The notes below the pieces were generated by a model. It was not told the origin of the DNA and ran no database searches. It was given only the letters and a program-made list of their open reading frames with translations. Positions 20,526 through 31,324 of a DNA stretch of 64,000 nucleotides are shown piece after piece. The position numbers were made by a program, and so were the translations under genes. The first letter of the stretch is position 1. Each line of letters begins with the position of its first letter. This DNA comes from Patescibacteria group bacterium (GTDB lineage Bacteria; Patescibacteriota; Microgenomatia; UBA12405), in assembly GCA_050943115.1 (NCBI GenBank), contig JBMNON010000003.1:28565-92564 (forward strand), in the 5' to 3' direction.

Positions 20526-20908
20526 CAGGCGACGAGAGCAACAATATTAAAAACAGAGATGGCGGTGAAAATGGAGAAAATTAGTGAGAAAATAACCAGA
20601 AGACGGGCAAAAAGGACCTGAGAATTAACCATAAAAGCAGCCAGGAGATTATTTAAAATAGCGATAACAATGGAAAAGGTGGGCATGAAAAATAATGACG
20701 AAGCCGGAGCGAGTTGGTTTTCTCCCCACGGTAGAGAAAAGTATAGGGGGACCTGGGGAGGGAGATCTCCGAACTTAATAACCAAAAAACCGATACTAGA
20801 CAGAATGAGGAGAACGTTCCACCTAAGAATAGTGTGATTTACCTTTTCCTGCCAGAATTTTCCCAGAAGAGACAATTTGAGAGAAAGAGAGTGAATAGCG
20901 TTGGCCAT
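20525..20908 (-). CDS. membrane protein (DUF1648-like)
   Basis: LPPQVPLYFSLPWG between TM helices. Confidence 0.6.
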   Translation of the reverse strand: MANAIHSLSLKLSLLGKFWQEKVNHTILRWNVLLILSSIGFLVIKFGDLPPQVPLYFSLPWGENQLAPASSLFFMPTFSIVIAILNNLLAAFMVNSQVLFARLLVIFSLIFSIFTAISVFNIVALVA

Positions 20909-20911
20909 TAG

Positions 20912-22381
20912 TTAACGTTTTTTGAAAATGTAGGCTGAATCAATAATTTGGTCAAGAGAATAGTATTTAAGGATAAATTTGTCAAGATCAGGAAAAGGCC
21001 GGTTGGACATGGGGAAATAAACTATGTAGGCAGGTTGACTTACTTTAAAGGAATCAATGGTTGATTGATGGCCTCCGAAATCGACTACGTGATAAGCGAC
21101 GGTAAATTTGCCGGGCGGGAGGCGTTGAGAAAGGGCATAGATATAGGGTTCATCACCCCAAACAAAAATCTTGTCCTGGGAGGAGGTGTTGGACTTTATG
21201 AAGTTGGCTATGGCATAAGTAGTGTTAACCCTAGGGCCAAAGAATCTGCGATAAGCCTCAAGGCTCTTTCTGCCAGTTATATAGGAATAAAAATTGGTGT
21301 AATAGGTGATGGTGGGATAAAAATAAAATTCATACTTAATAATGACAACAGCCAAAATAAATAAAGAAATCAAGGAGAAGGTTTTAAACTGATTTCTCTT
21401 TGACTGGAAGAAGAAGGCTAATACCATACAAAAGGGTGGCAGTAATTGAATAAGGTAGTGGGGGTAAGGACGGCCGGACAGCAAGGAGCCGAAAAGGGCA
21501 GCCGAAAACCAGAGATAGACAAAGAGGGCCTTTTTGTCGATAAATTTAAACAGGTGAAATAAAAACAATAGCAACCAAGAGAACACAGTAATTATAAAAC
21601 GAGTGGATAGCCCGCCGGAAAGAGCCGAAGCAGAATGAGTTCCTGTAGACCAGGAGGAAAGGTAGCCGAAATTCTGAAGAAGGGCGGCGAATAAAAAATC
21701 AAAAGAGGCCCCTTTTGTGGAATAGTAGATAAATTGAACAAATATGGGCAGAAAAAAGGCCAGGGAAAAGATGAGCAAAGAAATAATCGAGGGAAAGATT
21801 TTATTCTTTAGGTTTTTGAGAGAGAAATTAGTTTCCCGAAGGCCAAGCCAAAGAGTTAGAAGTGCAAATTCAATAGCAACTGGAACCTTGATAGTAAAAG
21901 CCAAACCCAGAAGGAGTCCGGCAAAAAGGTAAGCAATTTTTTGGGTAGACGACAGTATTAGCAAAACAGCAAGGATAGTAGGAAGGAGCATAAAAACTTC
22001 AGCATTTGCAATAGTGCCCTCAATCAGGGGAATAGAAGACAGCAGGGTAAATATCAGAGTGGAAATTTTGGAGATTTTGGGAGTAAAAAATTTTCTAGCT
22101 AAGCGGTAATAAAAAATAATGGTGGGAAGCATAAAAGCAAGCAAAAGAAGGCGAAAACCAAACACGGTCTGGGAAAAGGCTGCCAAGTAATAGAGAGTGG
22201 GTGGCTTGTTATCATGCATCTGCCGGTAAAGAGTGAGACCGCGGCGAACAGCCTGTCCTAGCACTAGGTATATACCTTCGTCTCCATACCAATAAGGTTC
22301 AAATAATGAAGGAAGGCGAAGAATTATGAAGAGGAAAAAAAGAAGAATCCAGAAGCGGTTTTTTGATAATAGTTTAATCAT
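20912..22381 (-). CDS. GT-C fold (ArnT/PMT-like) glycosyltransferase
   Basis: WYGDEGIY, DNKPP, many TMs, PYPHY. Confidence 0.8.
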   Translation of the reverse strand: MIKLLSKNRFWILLFFLFIILRLPSLFEPYWYGDEGIYLVLGQAVRRGLTLYRQMHDNKPPTLYYLAAFSQTVFGFRLLLLAFMLPTIIFYYRLARKFFTPKISKISTLIFTLLSSIPLIEGTIANAEVFMLLPTILAVLLILSSTQKIAYLFAGLLLGLAFTIKVPVAIEFALLTLWLGLRETNFSLKNLKNKIFPSIISLLIFSLAFFLPIFVQFIYYSTKGASFDFLFAALLQNFGYLSSWSTGTHSASALSGGLSTRFIITVFSWLLLFLFHLFKFIDKKALFVYLWFSAALFGSLLSGRPYPHYLIQLLPPFCMVLAFFFQSKRNQFKTFSLISLFILAVVIIKYEFYFYPTITYYTNFYSYITGRKSLEAYRRFFGPRVNTTYAIANFIKSNTSSQDKIFVWGDEPYIYALSQRLPPGKFTVAYHVVDFGGHQSTIDSFKVSQPAYIVYFPMSNRPFPDLDKFILKYYSLDQIIDSAYIFKKR

Positions 22382-22396
22382 TCCTAAACTATTATA

Positions 22397-23914
22397 TTAG
22401 TTTTTCGCTTTTTTGACAGTTGTTTTGTATTCTAATCTTTTTCCAAGCAGGAGTCGGGTGTGAGAATGAAGGCCGGGTAACACAGACATGGTTAGGGTGG
22501 CGATTGGCATAAGAGGCCACTGGAGGAGATTCTTGAGAAAATTTTTGAAGCCTTTTTGGTAATTAGGCCGAAGTTTCCAGTCAAGAATTATTAGGACAAA
22601 TAAGGGTATCAGGCAGACAGACAAAATGATGTTGGAAATCCGAGGCAAGTTGTAACCAATGGCCGTCTGAAAAAACTTGGGGTTGATAATGACAGGAAGA
22701 GAGGTGCCAAGAGTGAGAATAAACCAGTTACTTGACCAAATAACATGGGTTTGGATAAGTTTGTAGATGCGAAGAATTCGGGTGACAAGAGGTATTTCTT
22801 TGTGGAGTCTGGCTTGCTCGATTGCGTAAGGTATGTCAATGGCTCCCCAAGCGTGACGAACACACTGATTATAGCGATTTTTTAGAGCTTTAAAGTAACC
22901 ATCACCGTCCGGAGCATCAACAACGGTAGGTAAAAATATGGGTGTAACAGAGGTTCGTCCTCCGGTAGCAAAAAAGGTTTGAAGGAAAATGTGCCAATCT
23001 TCAGGTATCATGTCAATATCCCAATAACCAGCAGAATCTATAAGTTTATAGGAAGAAGAGTAACAGGAGTAATTAAAAAATAGACCGTCGGGTTCCTGAA
23101 TGTTGGAAATATGAATAACATTACCCATAGTACCAATAATTCTAATTGGAGCCGGGACGGAATTTATGTTGTGGTGCCAAAAGATGGGTGATTGCCAAAA
23201 CCTGTAATAGCGGTTAGTATCTGAAGCAAAATGATAATGAAGAGCGGAAAAGTATTTGGGATGAAAAATGGTATCCACATCACAACTGGTTAAGGTCAAA
23301 TTCTGGATATTTAAACTGCCTTTATCAACGTATCTCTTCTTAAAATTCTTGGCTGCCCAAGCTTCGTTACTATGTTTACCAGCGGTCTCTCCGGGAAGGT
23401 CAGGGGGATGTTCGGTAAAAACAATGTCAGCAAAAGTATTTTTGTACTTGGCTTTAAAGTAGTCAACTGTCCTTTGATTATTTTCTTTGCCTGCTCTGGC
23501 TTCTTGGGCAATGACAACATAAATTTTTTTAAGGTCAATATCGATTTGAGCAGCGATAGAACCAACAGCCATTTCCATAACCTCAACGGGCTCTTTGTAA
23601 GAAGAAATTATAACAACATGCCCAATGTCGTTGTATTTCAACCAATCAGCCCGAAAATTATCCTGAAACTGTTTTTGCCATGAGATACTGGAATATTTTT
23701 GAATTTTAAAGTAACCTATGGTTGAGAGTATGGCCGCTTTGAAAGATTGATAGAACCAGTAGACCAGAAAAGCAATGACAAAATACGCAACCAGACGGGG
23801 AACCAGTATAGCTCCCCAAAGGGGAAATAAAATTACACTCCAGGCGATAAAGCCGGGAATCATTTCAAAAAGGCGATATTTTTTCGAGTTTTTGTTCATC
23901 GTGGAGATTGGCAT
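22397..23914 (-). CDS. membrane GT2 glycosyltransferase
   Basis: YKE, AGK, DVD, PEDW, QCVRHAWG (QxxRW-like); start moved to ATG 23914. Confidence 0.8.
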   Translation of the reverse strand: MPISTMNKNSKKYRLFEMIPGFIAWSVILFPLWGAILVPRLVAYFVIAFLVYWFYQSFKAAILSTIGYFKIQKYSSISWQKQFQDNFRADWLKYNDIGHVVIISSYKEPVEVMEMAVGSIAAQIDIDLKKIYVVIAQEARAGKENNQRTVDYFKAKYKNTFADIVFTEHPPDLPGETAGKHSNEAWAAKNFKKRYVDKGSLNIQNLTLTSCDVDTIFHPKYFSALHYHFASDTNRYYRFWQSPIFWHHNINSVPAPIRIIGTMGNVIHISNIQEPDGLFFNYSCYSSSYKLIDSAGYWDIDMIPEDWHIFLQTFFATGGRTSVTPIFLPTVVDAPDGDGYFKALKNRYNQCVRHAWGAIDIPYAIEQARLHKEIPLVTRILRIYKLIQTHVIWSSNWFILTLGTSLPVIINPKFFQTAIGYNLPRISNIILSVCLIPLFVLIILDWKLRPNYQKGFKNFLKNLLQWPLMPIATLTMSVLPGLHSHTRLLLGKRLEYKTTVKKAKN

Positions 23915-23957
23915 ATTATAGCAAGGAAAAGTATGTTTTAAGTTAAAATTAAGTGAA

Positions 23958-24725
23958 ATGTCAGTAGAAAGAGCGGTAGAGACAACAATAAGGTATGCCA
24001 GGAAGTTTGGATGTTCTCTGTCAGGGGAAGAAATTGCGGAGAGATTAATCTCAAAAAGGCAATACAGGCACAAAGAAGTGACAGATGCTGCTGCAAAGAT
24101 GGGGGTTTCGAAAAAAAACTCAAATAAAATATGGCAAGGGAAAGTGGGGAAGGGAAAATGGTTGGCAAATTATATAGAAAAGAAAATCCCCCTTGTTGTG
24201 TTTATGGGTTTAACTGGTTCGGTAGCAACCAAGCACCCGAAACAAGAAGACGATGTCGATTTTTTAATTGTAACCAGACGAAACAGCTTGTGGCTGTGCC
24301 GTCTTTGGCTCAAGTTTATCCTAGTGAAAGAACATATTCCTCATCGAAGATATGGCCAGAAAGAAGCGGGGAATGATTTTTGCTTTAATTTATGGCTGGA
24401 TGAGGAAAAGCTATCAATACCCAAGAATCGAAGAAGACTTAGGACTGCAGTGGATTTAGTTCTGCTAATGCCCTTATTTGATAAGGCATCAATATATAAG
24501 AGACTTATTGATGAGAATAATTGGGCTGCCAGTTTTGTGGCAACACCCTATGAAAAGAAGAGAAGGATGTCGGGGGACATTAAGAGTGTTGAATCGTATG
24601 TTACGATACTACTGGTGATATTTAATTACTTTGTCTTTTTAGCACAATATATATATATGAGAGGCAAAATGAAAAAGGGAGAAGAAGCGAGCATACACCA
24701 AGCCTTTTTTAATGTAAAAGGATAA
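23958..24725 (+). CDS. nucleotidyltransferase-fold protein
   Basis: GLTGSVA...DDVDFLIV (GS..DxD). Confidence 0.7.
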   Translation: MSVERAVETTIRYARKFGCSLSGEEIAERLISKRQYRHKEVTDAAAKMGVSKKNSNKIWQGKVGKGKWLANYIEKKIPLVVFMGLTGSVATKHPKQEDDVDFLIVTRRNSLWLCRLWLKFILVKEHIPHRRYGQKEAGNDFCFNLWLDEEKLSIPKNRRRLRTAVDLVLLMPLFDKASIYKRLIDENNWAASFVATPYEKKRRMSGDIKSVESYVTILLVIFNYFVFLAQYIYMRGKMKKGEEASIHQAFFNVKG

Positions 24726-24849
24726 ACGCAAAGACCTATAAATTAAGCTTTTTGGAAGTTATTTAAGTTGATTTTTGAATTATTCTTTGGAGAAATTGTA
24801 TCCTTTAAGTAATTGATGGGGTAAGTGATTGAAAGTATAATTACAAGTA

Positions 24850-25491
24850 GTGGTCAAAGAGAAAAATTTTCAAACAGAAAAATACGTAAGTGGGCTATAT
24901 ATTGTCTTTGTAGTTTTATTTTCTGCAACCATCCTATTTGTTTCAATCAGCAGAGCAAGCTTGGATATTTGGGCGTCGGAAAACAATTTTGACAAAGCCA
25001 GGAACTGTCCAATCGAATTTATTATTAAAGCAGATGCTCATGGAATAGAAAAGGGTTCGTATAATCTGCCGAGCATTTCAGTATTGCCCGGGAGTCCCCT
25101 ATATATTTTAAAGGATATCAGGGACGAACTGTGGATTGGATTTAGTACAGGACCGGAAAGTAAGGCAACAACAGCCTTGCTGGTAGCGGATAAAAAGATG
25201 TCGGCAAGTAAGAGTTTGTTTGAAGATAACAAAGGGGACAAGGCGGTGGAACTTGCCAGGGAAGCATTGGAGTACATAAAAAGAGCAAAATCAGAGTGGC
25301 AGAAAGCTAGCAACGATGAGCCGCAGATGTGCAGCCCCATAGACAACAAAATCTTTAATGCCGGATTAGCCTATGAGGAGGTATTGAAAACTTCAGGGAA
25401 GAAAGCGGCCGGTGATAAAAACGAATTCAGAGAAGTACTGCTACAAATTCAAGAGTGGAATGAAAAGCAAAAAGAAGAAAAAGAAAACTAA
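24850..25491 (+). CDS. DUF5667-like membrane-anchored helical protein
   Basis: N-terminal TM, LPGSPLYILK..RD motif. Confidence 0.6.
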   Translation: MVKEKNFQTEKYVSGLYIVFVVLFSATILFVSISRASLDIWASENNFDKARNCPIEFIIKADAHGIEKGSYNLPSISVLPGSPLYILKDIRDELWIGFSTGPESKATTALLVADKKMSASKSLFEDNKGDKAVELAREALEYIKRAKSEWQKASNDEPQMCSPIDNKIFNAGLAYEEVLKTSGKKAAGDKNEFREVLLQIQEWNEKQKEEKEN

Positions 25492-27613
25492 AAATAAAAG
25501 ATTGCCCTTACTGGCCAAAATCGGACTAGTTCTGGTTTTACTGGGTACTCTCGGGAGTGCTTTAATTTTAAGGGACGTTCCTAATCCCAGGAAGTTAAGT
25601 ACTTCAGAGTATCCAGAGTCATCACAAATATTTGACCGAAATGACAAAATGTTGTTTGAGATATACGCTGATATCAGAAGGGTTCCGGTGACTCTGGAAG
25701 ATGTGCCTGAGGCCTTGCGGCAGGCGACTTTGGCGGTAGAGGATGCCAGATTTTATAAGCACTGGGGCTTAGATTTCCAGGGGATATTGAGAGGGTTTTA
25801 CCGAACGGTTTTTAAGAAAAGACTACAAGGAGGATCAACGTTAACCCAACAGTTAGTAAAAAATGCCCTACTGACACCGGAAAGGACGTTGAGTAGAAAA
25901 ATTAAAGAGGCTTTTTTAACACTGGCAACCGAGGTAATTTACAGCAAAGAACAAATTTTAGAAATGTATTTCAACCAAACACCTTACGGAGGAACAATGT
26001 GGGGGGTGCAAGCAGCAGCCAAGGGAATATTTAATAAGGACGTAAAAGAGCTAAGCCTGGCTGAATCAGCACTTCTGGCTGGTTTACCGGCATCGCCCAC
26101 GAGGTACTCCCCCTTTGCTTACCCGGAAGCTGCAAAAAAAAGACAGGAGTTGGTGCTGGCAAGAATGGAGGAGGAAGGCTATATAAACAGCGAGGAAAGG
26201 AAGGAGGCTAATGAGGAGAAATTGAATTATTATGTACAAAAAAGCAGTATAAGCGCCCCCCATTTTGTATTTTATGTTAGGGAAAAGTTAATTGAAGAAT
26301 ACGGAATTAAACGGGTAACTGAGGGAGGATTAAAGATCAAAACCAGTCTGGATTTGGATTTGCAAAATTATGTTCAGGGGGCGGTGGCAAGTGAAATTGC
26401 TACTTTGGACCGATATAAAATCAGTAACGGAGCAGTGGTGGTGACGGAACCTAAAAGCGGACAGATTCTGGCAATGGTAGGATCAAAAGATTATTTTGCA
26501 GAAGATATTGACGGGAAGTATAACGTGACCACCGCCCTTAGACAACCCGGATCATCGATTAAGCCATTAAACTATGCGGTAGGTATTGAATTGGGCAAGG
26601 CAACGGCCGCTTCGGTTTTTAGCGACAACCAAACCTGCTTTGGCGTCGAAAACCAAAAACCATACTGCCCCACCAACTATGGGTATAGATATTTTGGGCT
26701 GCAAACATTGAGGAATTCACTAGCAAACTCATTAAACATCCCAGCTGTAAAAATGTTAAAAATGAACGGAGTAGAAAACTTTATTGCCTCGGCCTCAGCA
26801 ATGGGAATAAGTACATTTAAGGACCCGTCTCAGTACGGATTATCATTAACACTTGGAGGTGGCGAAGTGATGATGATTGACATGAATACAGCTTTCGGAA
26901 CATTGGCTAACATGGGGATTAAACAAGAGCTGAATCCTATTTTAGAAATTAGTGACAAGAATGGTGAAAAGTTATATGAATACAAATATATTCAAGGTGA
27001 CAGGGTCCTATCCAGAGAAACAGCATATATAATTCACGACATTTTATCTGATGACGGAGCCAGGAGTGCGGTTTTCGGAAGAGGATCTTTGCTTAACATA
27101 AAAGGACACCCGGAAGTGGCAGTGAAGACGGGAACAACAAATGACTTAAGGGACAATTGGACCATCGGCTACACACCAGATTATGTAGTGACAGTGTGGG
27201 TGGGAAATAATGATAATTCAAAAATGAGTTATGTGGCATCCGGAATAACAGGAGCAACACCTATTTGGCATGAGGTAATGTCTTATCTTATGGAAGATAA
27301 GACCGTAAAAGAGCCGGTAAAACCGGAAGGTGTTATTACCATGAAAGTATGTAAGGCAAGCGGAGGAGTAGTACCGGAAGAGGGTTGTGAATCTTACAAT
27401 GAGCTTTTTAGAAAAGAGTTTCCACCTATACGACAAAACATAGCAAAAATGGCCGTATTAATAAATAAAGATACCGGTAAAGTTGCAAAAGAAGGTGACG
27501 ACTCGCCTAATTTAGAGTGGCAAGAGCATACCATGTTTGAAGATATCAGTGGCGATAAGGTATGCCTTGATTGTCCAATAGCGGAAGAAAAAAAAGAGGA
27601 GGATACAAATTAA
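25460..27613 (+). CDS. class A penicillin-binding protein (PBP1A family)
   Basis: EDARFYKH, GGSTLTQQL, RKIKE, GSSIKP, SLN, KTGT. Confidence 0.95.
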   Translation: MKSKKKKKKTKNKRLPLLAKIGLVLVLLGTLGSALILRDVPNPRKLSTSEYPESSQIFDRNDKMLFEIYADIRRVPVTLEDVPEALRQATLAVEDARFYKHWGLDFQGILRGFYRTVFKKRLQGGSTLTQQLVKNALLTPERTLSRKIKEAFLTLATEVIYSKEQILEMYFNQTPYGGTMWGVQAAAKGIFNKDVKELSLAESALLAGLPASPTRYSPFAYPEAAKKRQELVLARMEEEGYINSEERKEANEEKLNYYVQKSSISAPHFVFYVREKLIEEYGIKRVTEGGLKIKTSLDLDLQNYVQGAVASEIATLDRYKISNGAVVVTEPKSGQILAMVGSKDYFAEDIDGKYNVTTALRQPGSSIKPLNYAVGIELGKATAASVFSDNQTCFGVENQKPYCPTNYGYRYFGLQTLRNSLANSLNIPAVKMLKMNGVENFIASASAMGISTFKDPSQYGLSLTLGGGEVMMIDMNTAFGTLANMGIKQELNPILEISDKNGEKLYEYKYIQGDRVLSRETAYIIHDILSDDGARSAVFGRGSLLNIKGHPEVAVKTGTTNDLRDNWTIGYTPDYVVTVWVGNNDNSKMSYVASGITGATPIWHEVMSYLMEDKTVKEPVKPEGVITMKVCKASGGVVPEEGCESYNELFRKEFPPIRQNIAKMAVLINKDTGKVAKEGDDSPNLEWQEHTMFEDISGDKVCLDCPIAEEKKEEDTN

Positions 27614-27629
27614 TAGGAGGACATAATAA

Positions 27630-29735
27630 GTGAGGCCAACATTCAAATTTCTTGTCCTTCTTGGCAGGCCCTTGTTGTGGTTGATAAAAACGGTATTTGT
27701 GCTATTTGCCAGAGGGTGCAAAACAATCGGGGCAGGAATAATTTTTTTTGCTGTAGGACTAAGGAAAATTTGTCTGCTAGTTAGATGGAGATATCTGATA
27801 ATAGGATGGGTGCTTTTTGGGCTAGGAAGCGGGACGTTCTGGTTTTATGAAGAAATAATCAAAGAGTTACCCAACATAAATTTAATATACAATCCACCAA
27901 TATTATCATCAAAAATTTACGATAAAAACGGCAGATTGTTATATAAATTTTACAAGGAAGAGAATAGAAGCTGGACTTCACTGGATAAAATTCCCCAGTC
28001 TCTAATATGGGCGACTTTGGCAATTGAGGACAAAAATTTTTATACCCACCGAGGAATATCAATCAAAGGGATAGCAAACGCCAGTATTTACAATTTTTTT
28101 AAAAGAGACAAAGACGACAGCCTGAGGGGCGGCTCGACTATTACCCAACAGTTGGTTAAAAATGTGTTTTTATCCAGCGAGAAAAGCTGGACAAGGAAAC
28201 TGAAGGAGGCAATCTTGGCGATAATGCTGGAAACAAAAATGAATAAAAACGAGATACTGGAAAGGTATTTTAATCAGGTACCGTACGGCGGAGATACTTA
28301 CGGCGCCCAAGAAGCAGCATGGAAATATTTTGGTAAAAATGTGTGGGAAATTGACATGGCTGAAGCGACATTTTTGGCGGGATTACCGGCGGCTCCAAGT
28401 TCCTACTCCCCTTTTGGGAGCAACCCAGAATTTGCGATATTAAGACAAAGGCATGTAATAGATGAAATGGTAAAAGCGGGATACATTGATGAGACAAGAG
28501 CTGAGGGGTTGAAAAACAACCAGTTGGAAATTGGAGAAGAAAGAATCAGGCTGGTGGCACCACACTTTGTGTTTTATGTCAGGAATATTGTGGAGGAAGA
28601 TTACGGATTCAGTAATTTTGAAAGATTGGGATTAAAAATTACAACCAGCTTGGATACGGCAACTCAGGAGATGGCTCAAAGAGTTGTACTTGAGGAGGTG
28701 GAAAAGGTGGAGAATTTAAGGATAAGCAATGGAGCTGCTTTGGTAATTGATGTAAAAAGCGGCGATATTTTGGCTATGGTGGGGTCCAAAAATTACTATG
28801 CCAACGATATTGACGGTAAATATAACGTGACAACGGCCTTAAGACAACCAGGGTCGTCCATTAAACCAGTCAATTACCTTTTGGCATTAATGAATGGCTG
28901 GTCGTTGACATCAGCAATTGACGACACACCAGTAGCATACTACATAAACGGACAAGCACCTTATACACCACAAAATTACAACGGAAAATATATGGGGAGG
29001 GTGACATTAAAAACAGCGTTGGCTTCTTCACTAAATGTACCGTCAGTAAAGTTACTTTCAGAAAACGGCGTGGATAATATGATCAGTTTGGCTAAGTCTA
29101 TGGGGATAAACAGTTGGGAGGACAGATCCAGGTTTGGATTAGCCTTGGCATTGGGCAGCGGCGAAGTAAAAATGACTGAGTTATCACAAGCATATAGTGT
29201 ATTTGCCAACCTGGGAGACAGGGTTGAGATAAATCCAGTAATTAGAATTGAAAATTATTTGGGGGAGGTAGTGATGGAAAAGGAAACAAATAGAGAGGAG
29301 TTGATAGATCCTGGTTATGCATTTTTAATAAATAACGCGCTGAGTGATAATCAAGCCAGAACGCCTATCTTTGGGCCTAATTCTTTATTAAAGATCGACG
29401 GTAAGACTGTCGCAGTTAAAACCGGTACCACTAACAATTTAAAGGACAACTGGTGTATAGGCTGGACACCGAGTTTTCTGGTGGCAGCTTGGGTGGGTAA
29501 TAACAATAGCCAGCCAATGAGTTGGGTGGCTTCCGGAGTGACAGGGGCAACACCAATTTGGAATAAGATTATGAAAAATATTTTATCGGACAAACCTGAT
29601 GAACAGTGGAATATGCCGGAGAGTGTCTATAAGGCCACGATATGCGGTAAAGAGGACTATTATATGAATGGCAGCGAGAACAGGGTGAAATGTATACATG
29701 ATGAGAACAAGGAAAAAACAGCTAATTTTAACTAG
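27630..29735 (+). CDS. class A penicillin-binding protein, second tandem paralog
   Basis: EDKNFYTH, GGSTITQQL, RKLKE, GSSIKP, SLN, KTGT. Confidence 0.95.
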   Translation: MRPTFKFLVLLGRPLLWLIKTVFVLFARGCKTIGAGIIFFAVGLRKICLLVRWRYLIIGWVLFGLGSGTFWFYEEIIKELPNINLIYNPPILSSKIYDKNGRLLYKFYKEENRSWTSLDKIPQSLIWATLAIEDKNFYTHRGISIKGIANASIYNFFKRDKDDSLRGGSTITQQLVKNVFLSSEKSWTRKLKEAILAIMLETKMNKNEILERYFNQVPYGGDTYGAQEAAWKYFGKNVWEIDMAEATFLAGLPAAPSSYSPFGSNPEFAILRQRHVIDEMVKAGYIDETRAEGLKNNQLEIGEERIRLVAPHFVFYVRNIVEEDYGFSNFERLGLKITTSLDTATQEMAQRVVLEEVEKVENLRISNGAALVIDVKSGDILAMVGSKNYYANDIDGKYNVTTALRQPGSSIKPVNYLLALMNGWSLTSAIDDTPVAYYINGQAPYTPQNYNGKYMGRVTLKTALASSLNVPSVKLLSENGVDNMISLAKSMGINSWEDRSRFGLALALGSGEVKMTELSQAYSVFANLGDRVEINPVIRIENYLGEVVMEKETNREELIDPGYAFLINNALSDNQARTPIFGPNSLLKIDGKTVAVKTGTTNNLKDNWCIGWTPSFLVAAWVGNNNSQPMSWVASGVTGATPIWNKIMKNILSDKPDEQWNMPESVYKATICGKEDYYMNGSENRVKCIHDENKEKTANFN

Positions 29736-30384
29736 ACAATTGGAGAATGTGCCAGTAGATTTTTTCAGCGATAATCTTGAGAGTGTTTTCCGGATTATTT
29801 AATGTATTGGGTTGTGATACTTTAATAATCATAATGATCTGTTTTTGGGGAACAGTAATAAGCGAGCGGGAGACGATTGAGTCAGTTTCTGAGACAAAAA
29901 GCTCCTGGACTTTGGCTCCAGCAGGAAGGATTGAGGCGATAGGGCCGGATTCGGAGACGGGAGAAGCCATCAGGGATTGAATAACGGAAGGATCGTTATA
30001 ATCAGAAAACGAACCAGTTGGATCATGTTTCCAAGTGAAAGTTTCCGGTGATCCCAGGGCCTGAACATAAACGTACCAATTTGCCGGCTGTTGGTTTTCC
30101 AGAATTAAGGATATTTTTGAGTCGAGCGAATCGCTTTTGACGGGGTTGGTGTTTTTTTTAAAAGGAAGATTAAGATTAAGGGATATTCGGGGAAATTTTT
30201 GGGTGTCAATTACGGTTTTGATTGATCTATAAGCCCAAAAAACAAAACTCAAGCCGACAGTTAACAGAAGAAAAATTACCACAAACCGCCGTTTGCTGCT
30301 GATTTTCTCTTCGCTACTTATCGAGTTAACAAGATCAAGTTGTTGGGGTTGGTTCTTCTTGTTCTTTTCGGGTTTTGGCAACAT
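29728..30384 (-). CDS. single-TM hypothetical protein
   Basis: 218-aa ORF, last gene of the tkt-fba-pfkB run. Confidence 0.65.
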   Translation of the reverse strand: MLPKPEKNKKNQPQQLDLVNSISSEEKISSKRRFVVIFLLLTVGLSFVFWAYRSIKTVIDTQKFPRISLNLNLPFKKNTNPVKSDSLDSKISLILENQQPANWYVYVQALGSPETFTWKHDPTGSFSDYNDPSVIQSLMASPVSESGPIASILPAGAKVQELFVSETDSIVSRSLITVPQKQIIMIIKVSQPNTLNNPENTLKIIAEKIYWHILQLSS

Positions 30385-30385
30385 A

Positions 30386-31324
30386 TTATTGGATGATGGA
30401 TTTTATCTTATTTTTGGTCAGGAGTCCGGTTTTGGCACCGAGGTGGGAAACGACAGAAGCTGAGTTTTTGAGAGCCCAAAGGAGAGAGGTGTCAAGCGTG
30501 TGTCCGTAAATGAGGGAAGCAACAAAAGTAGAGCCAAAGGAGTCACCAGCACCAGTTTCGTCGACGGGTTGAGTGTTGATTACCGGAGAGAAGAGATTTT
30601 GGTCTGGAGTAAGAATATGAGCACCATGGCGGCCATTGGTAACAGCAATGATCTTGGACTTAAATGAAAGAAGTTTATTCCAGAAGTCGGGATGAGTAAT
30701 GGAGAGGTTGGTGAGTGTTTCTGACTCTTCTTTATTTAGAAGTAAGAAGTCAACATGCTGAAGGAGAGGAATCAGGGCCTGCCGTTTTGAAAGTTCACGG
30801 CGCCCGGGATTAAGAGAAATTTTTATTTTGTTTTCAAGGGCAAAGCCAATGAGTTTTTCCAGTAGGTCTAAATTACCTTCGAGAGATGTGATATAAAACC
30901 ACTTGGTATGAGCAATTCTTGACCAGGTGATATGTTTGTCCTGGAGATAGGAGTTACCCCGGTTGGTCAATATGGTACGACCACCATCTTGACTTACCAG
31001 GATAATTGAGTAATCAGTAGATTCTGTTTTGGGGCGTACAAGAAGCGAGGAGTCGACTTTATCAGTTTGGAGATCATTTAGGACAAAAGTTGACAAGGGG
31101 TCGGAGCCAAGAAGGGCAAGGCAGGCAGTATTAAGTTTGAGGCGAGAGAAGGAAACTGAGGCGTTGGTAGCTCCCCCACCAGAAGAAATGAGGCTGTGGG
31201 AAATTTCGTTTTTGGAAGAAGATGGCAAGGAGATCAAACCATCAGCAACCCGATACTGAAGCGATTTGGCAAATATATCTACAGTAGCGGCACCGATAGT
31301 AATGATGTCAAATGTTTTGGGCAA
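30386..31324 (-). CDS. PfkB family carbohydrate kinase
   Basis: GGGATN, LNPG, DETGAGDSF. Confidence 0.9.
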   Translation of the reverse strand: MPKTFDIITIGAATVDIFAKSLQYRVADGLISLPSSSKNEISHSLISSGGGATNASVSFSRLKLNTACLALLGSDPLSTFVLNDLQTDKVDSSLLVRPKTESTDYSIILVSQDGGRTILTNRGNSYLQDKHITWSRIAHTKWFYITSLEGNLDLLEKLIGFALENKIKISLNPGRRELSKRQALIPLLQHVDFLLLNKEESETLTNLSITHPDFWNKLLSFKSKIIAVTNGRHGAHILTPDQNLFSPVINTQPVDETGAGDSFGSTFVASLIYGHTLDTSLLWALKNSASVVSHLGAKTGLLTKNKIKSIIQ

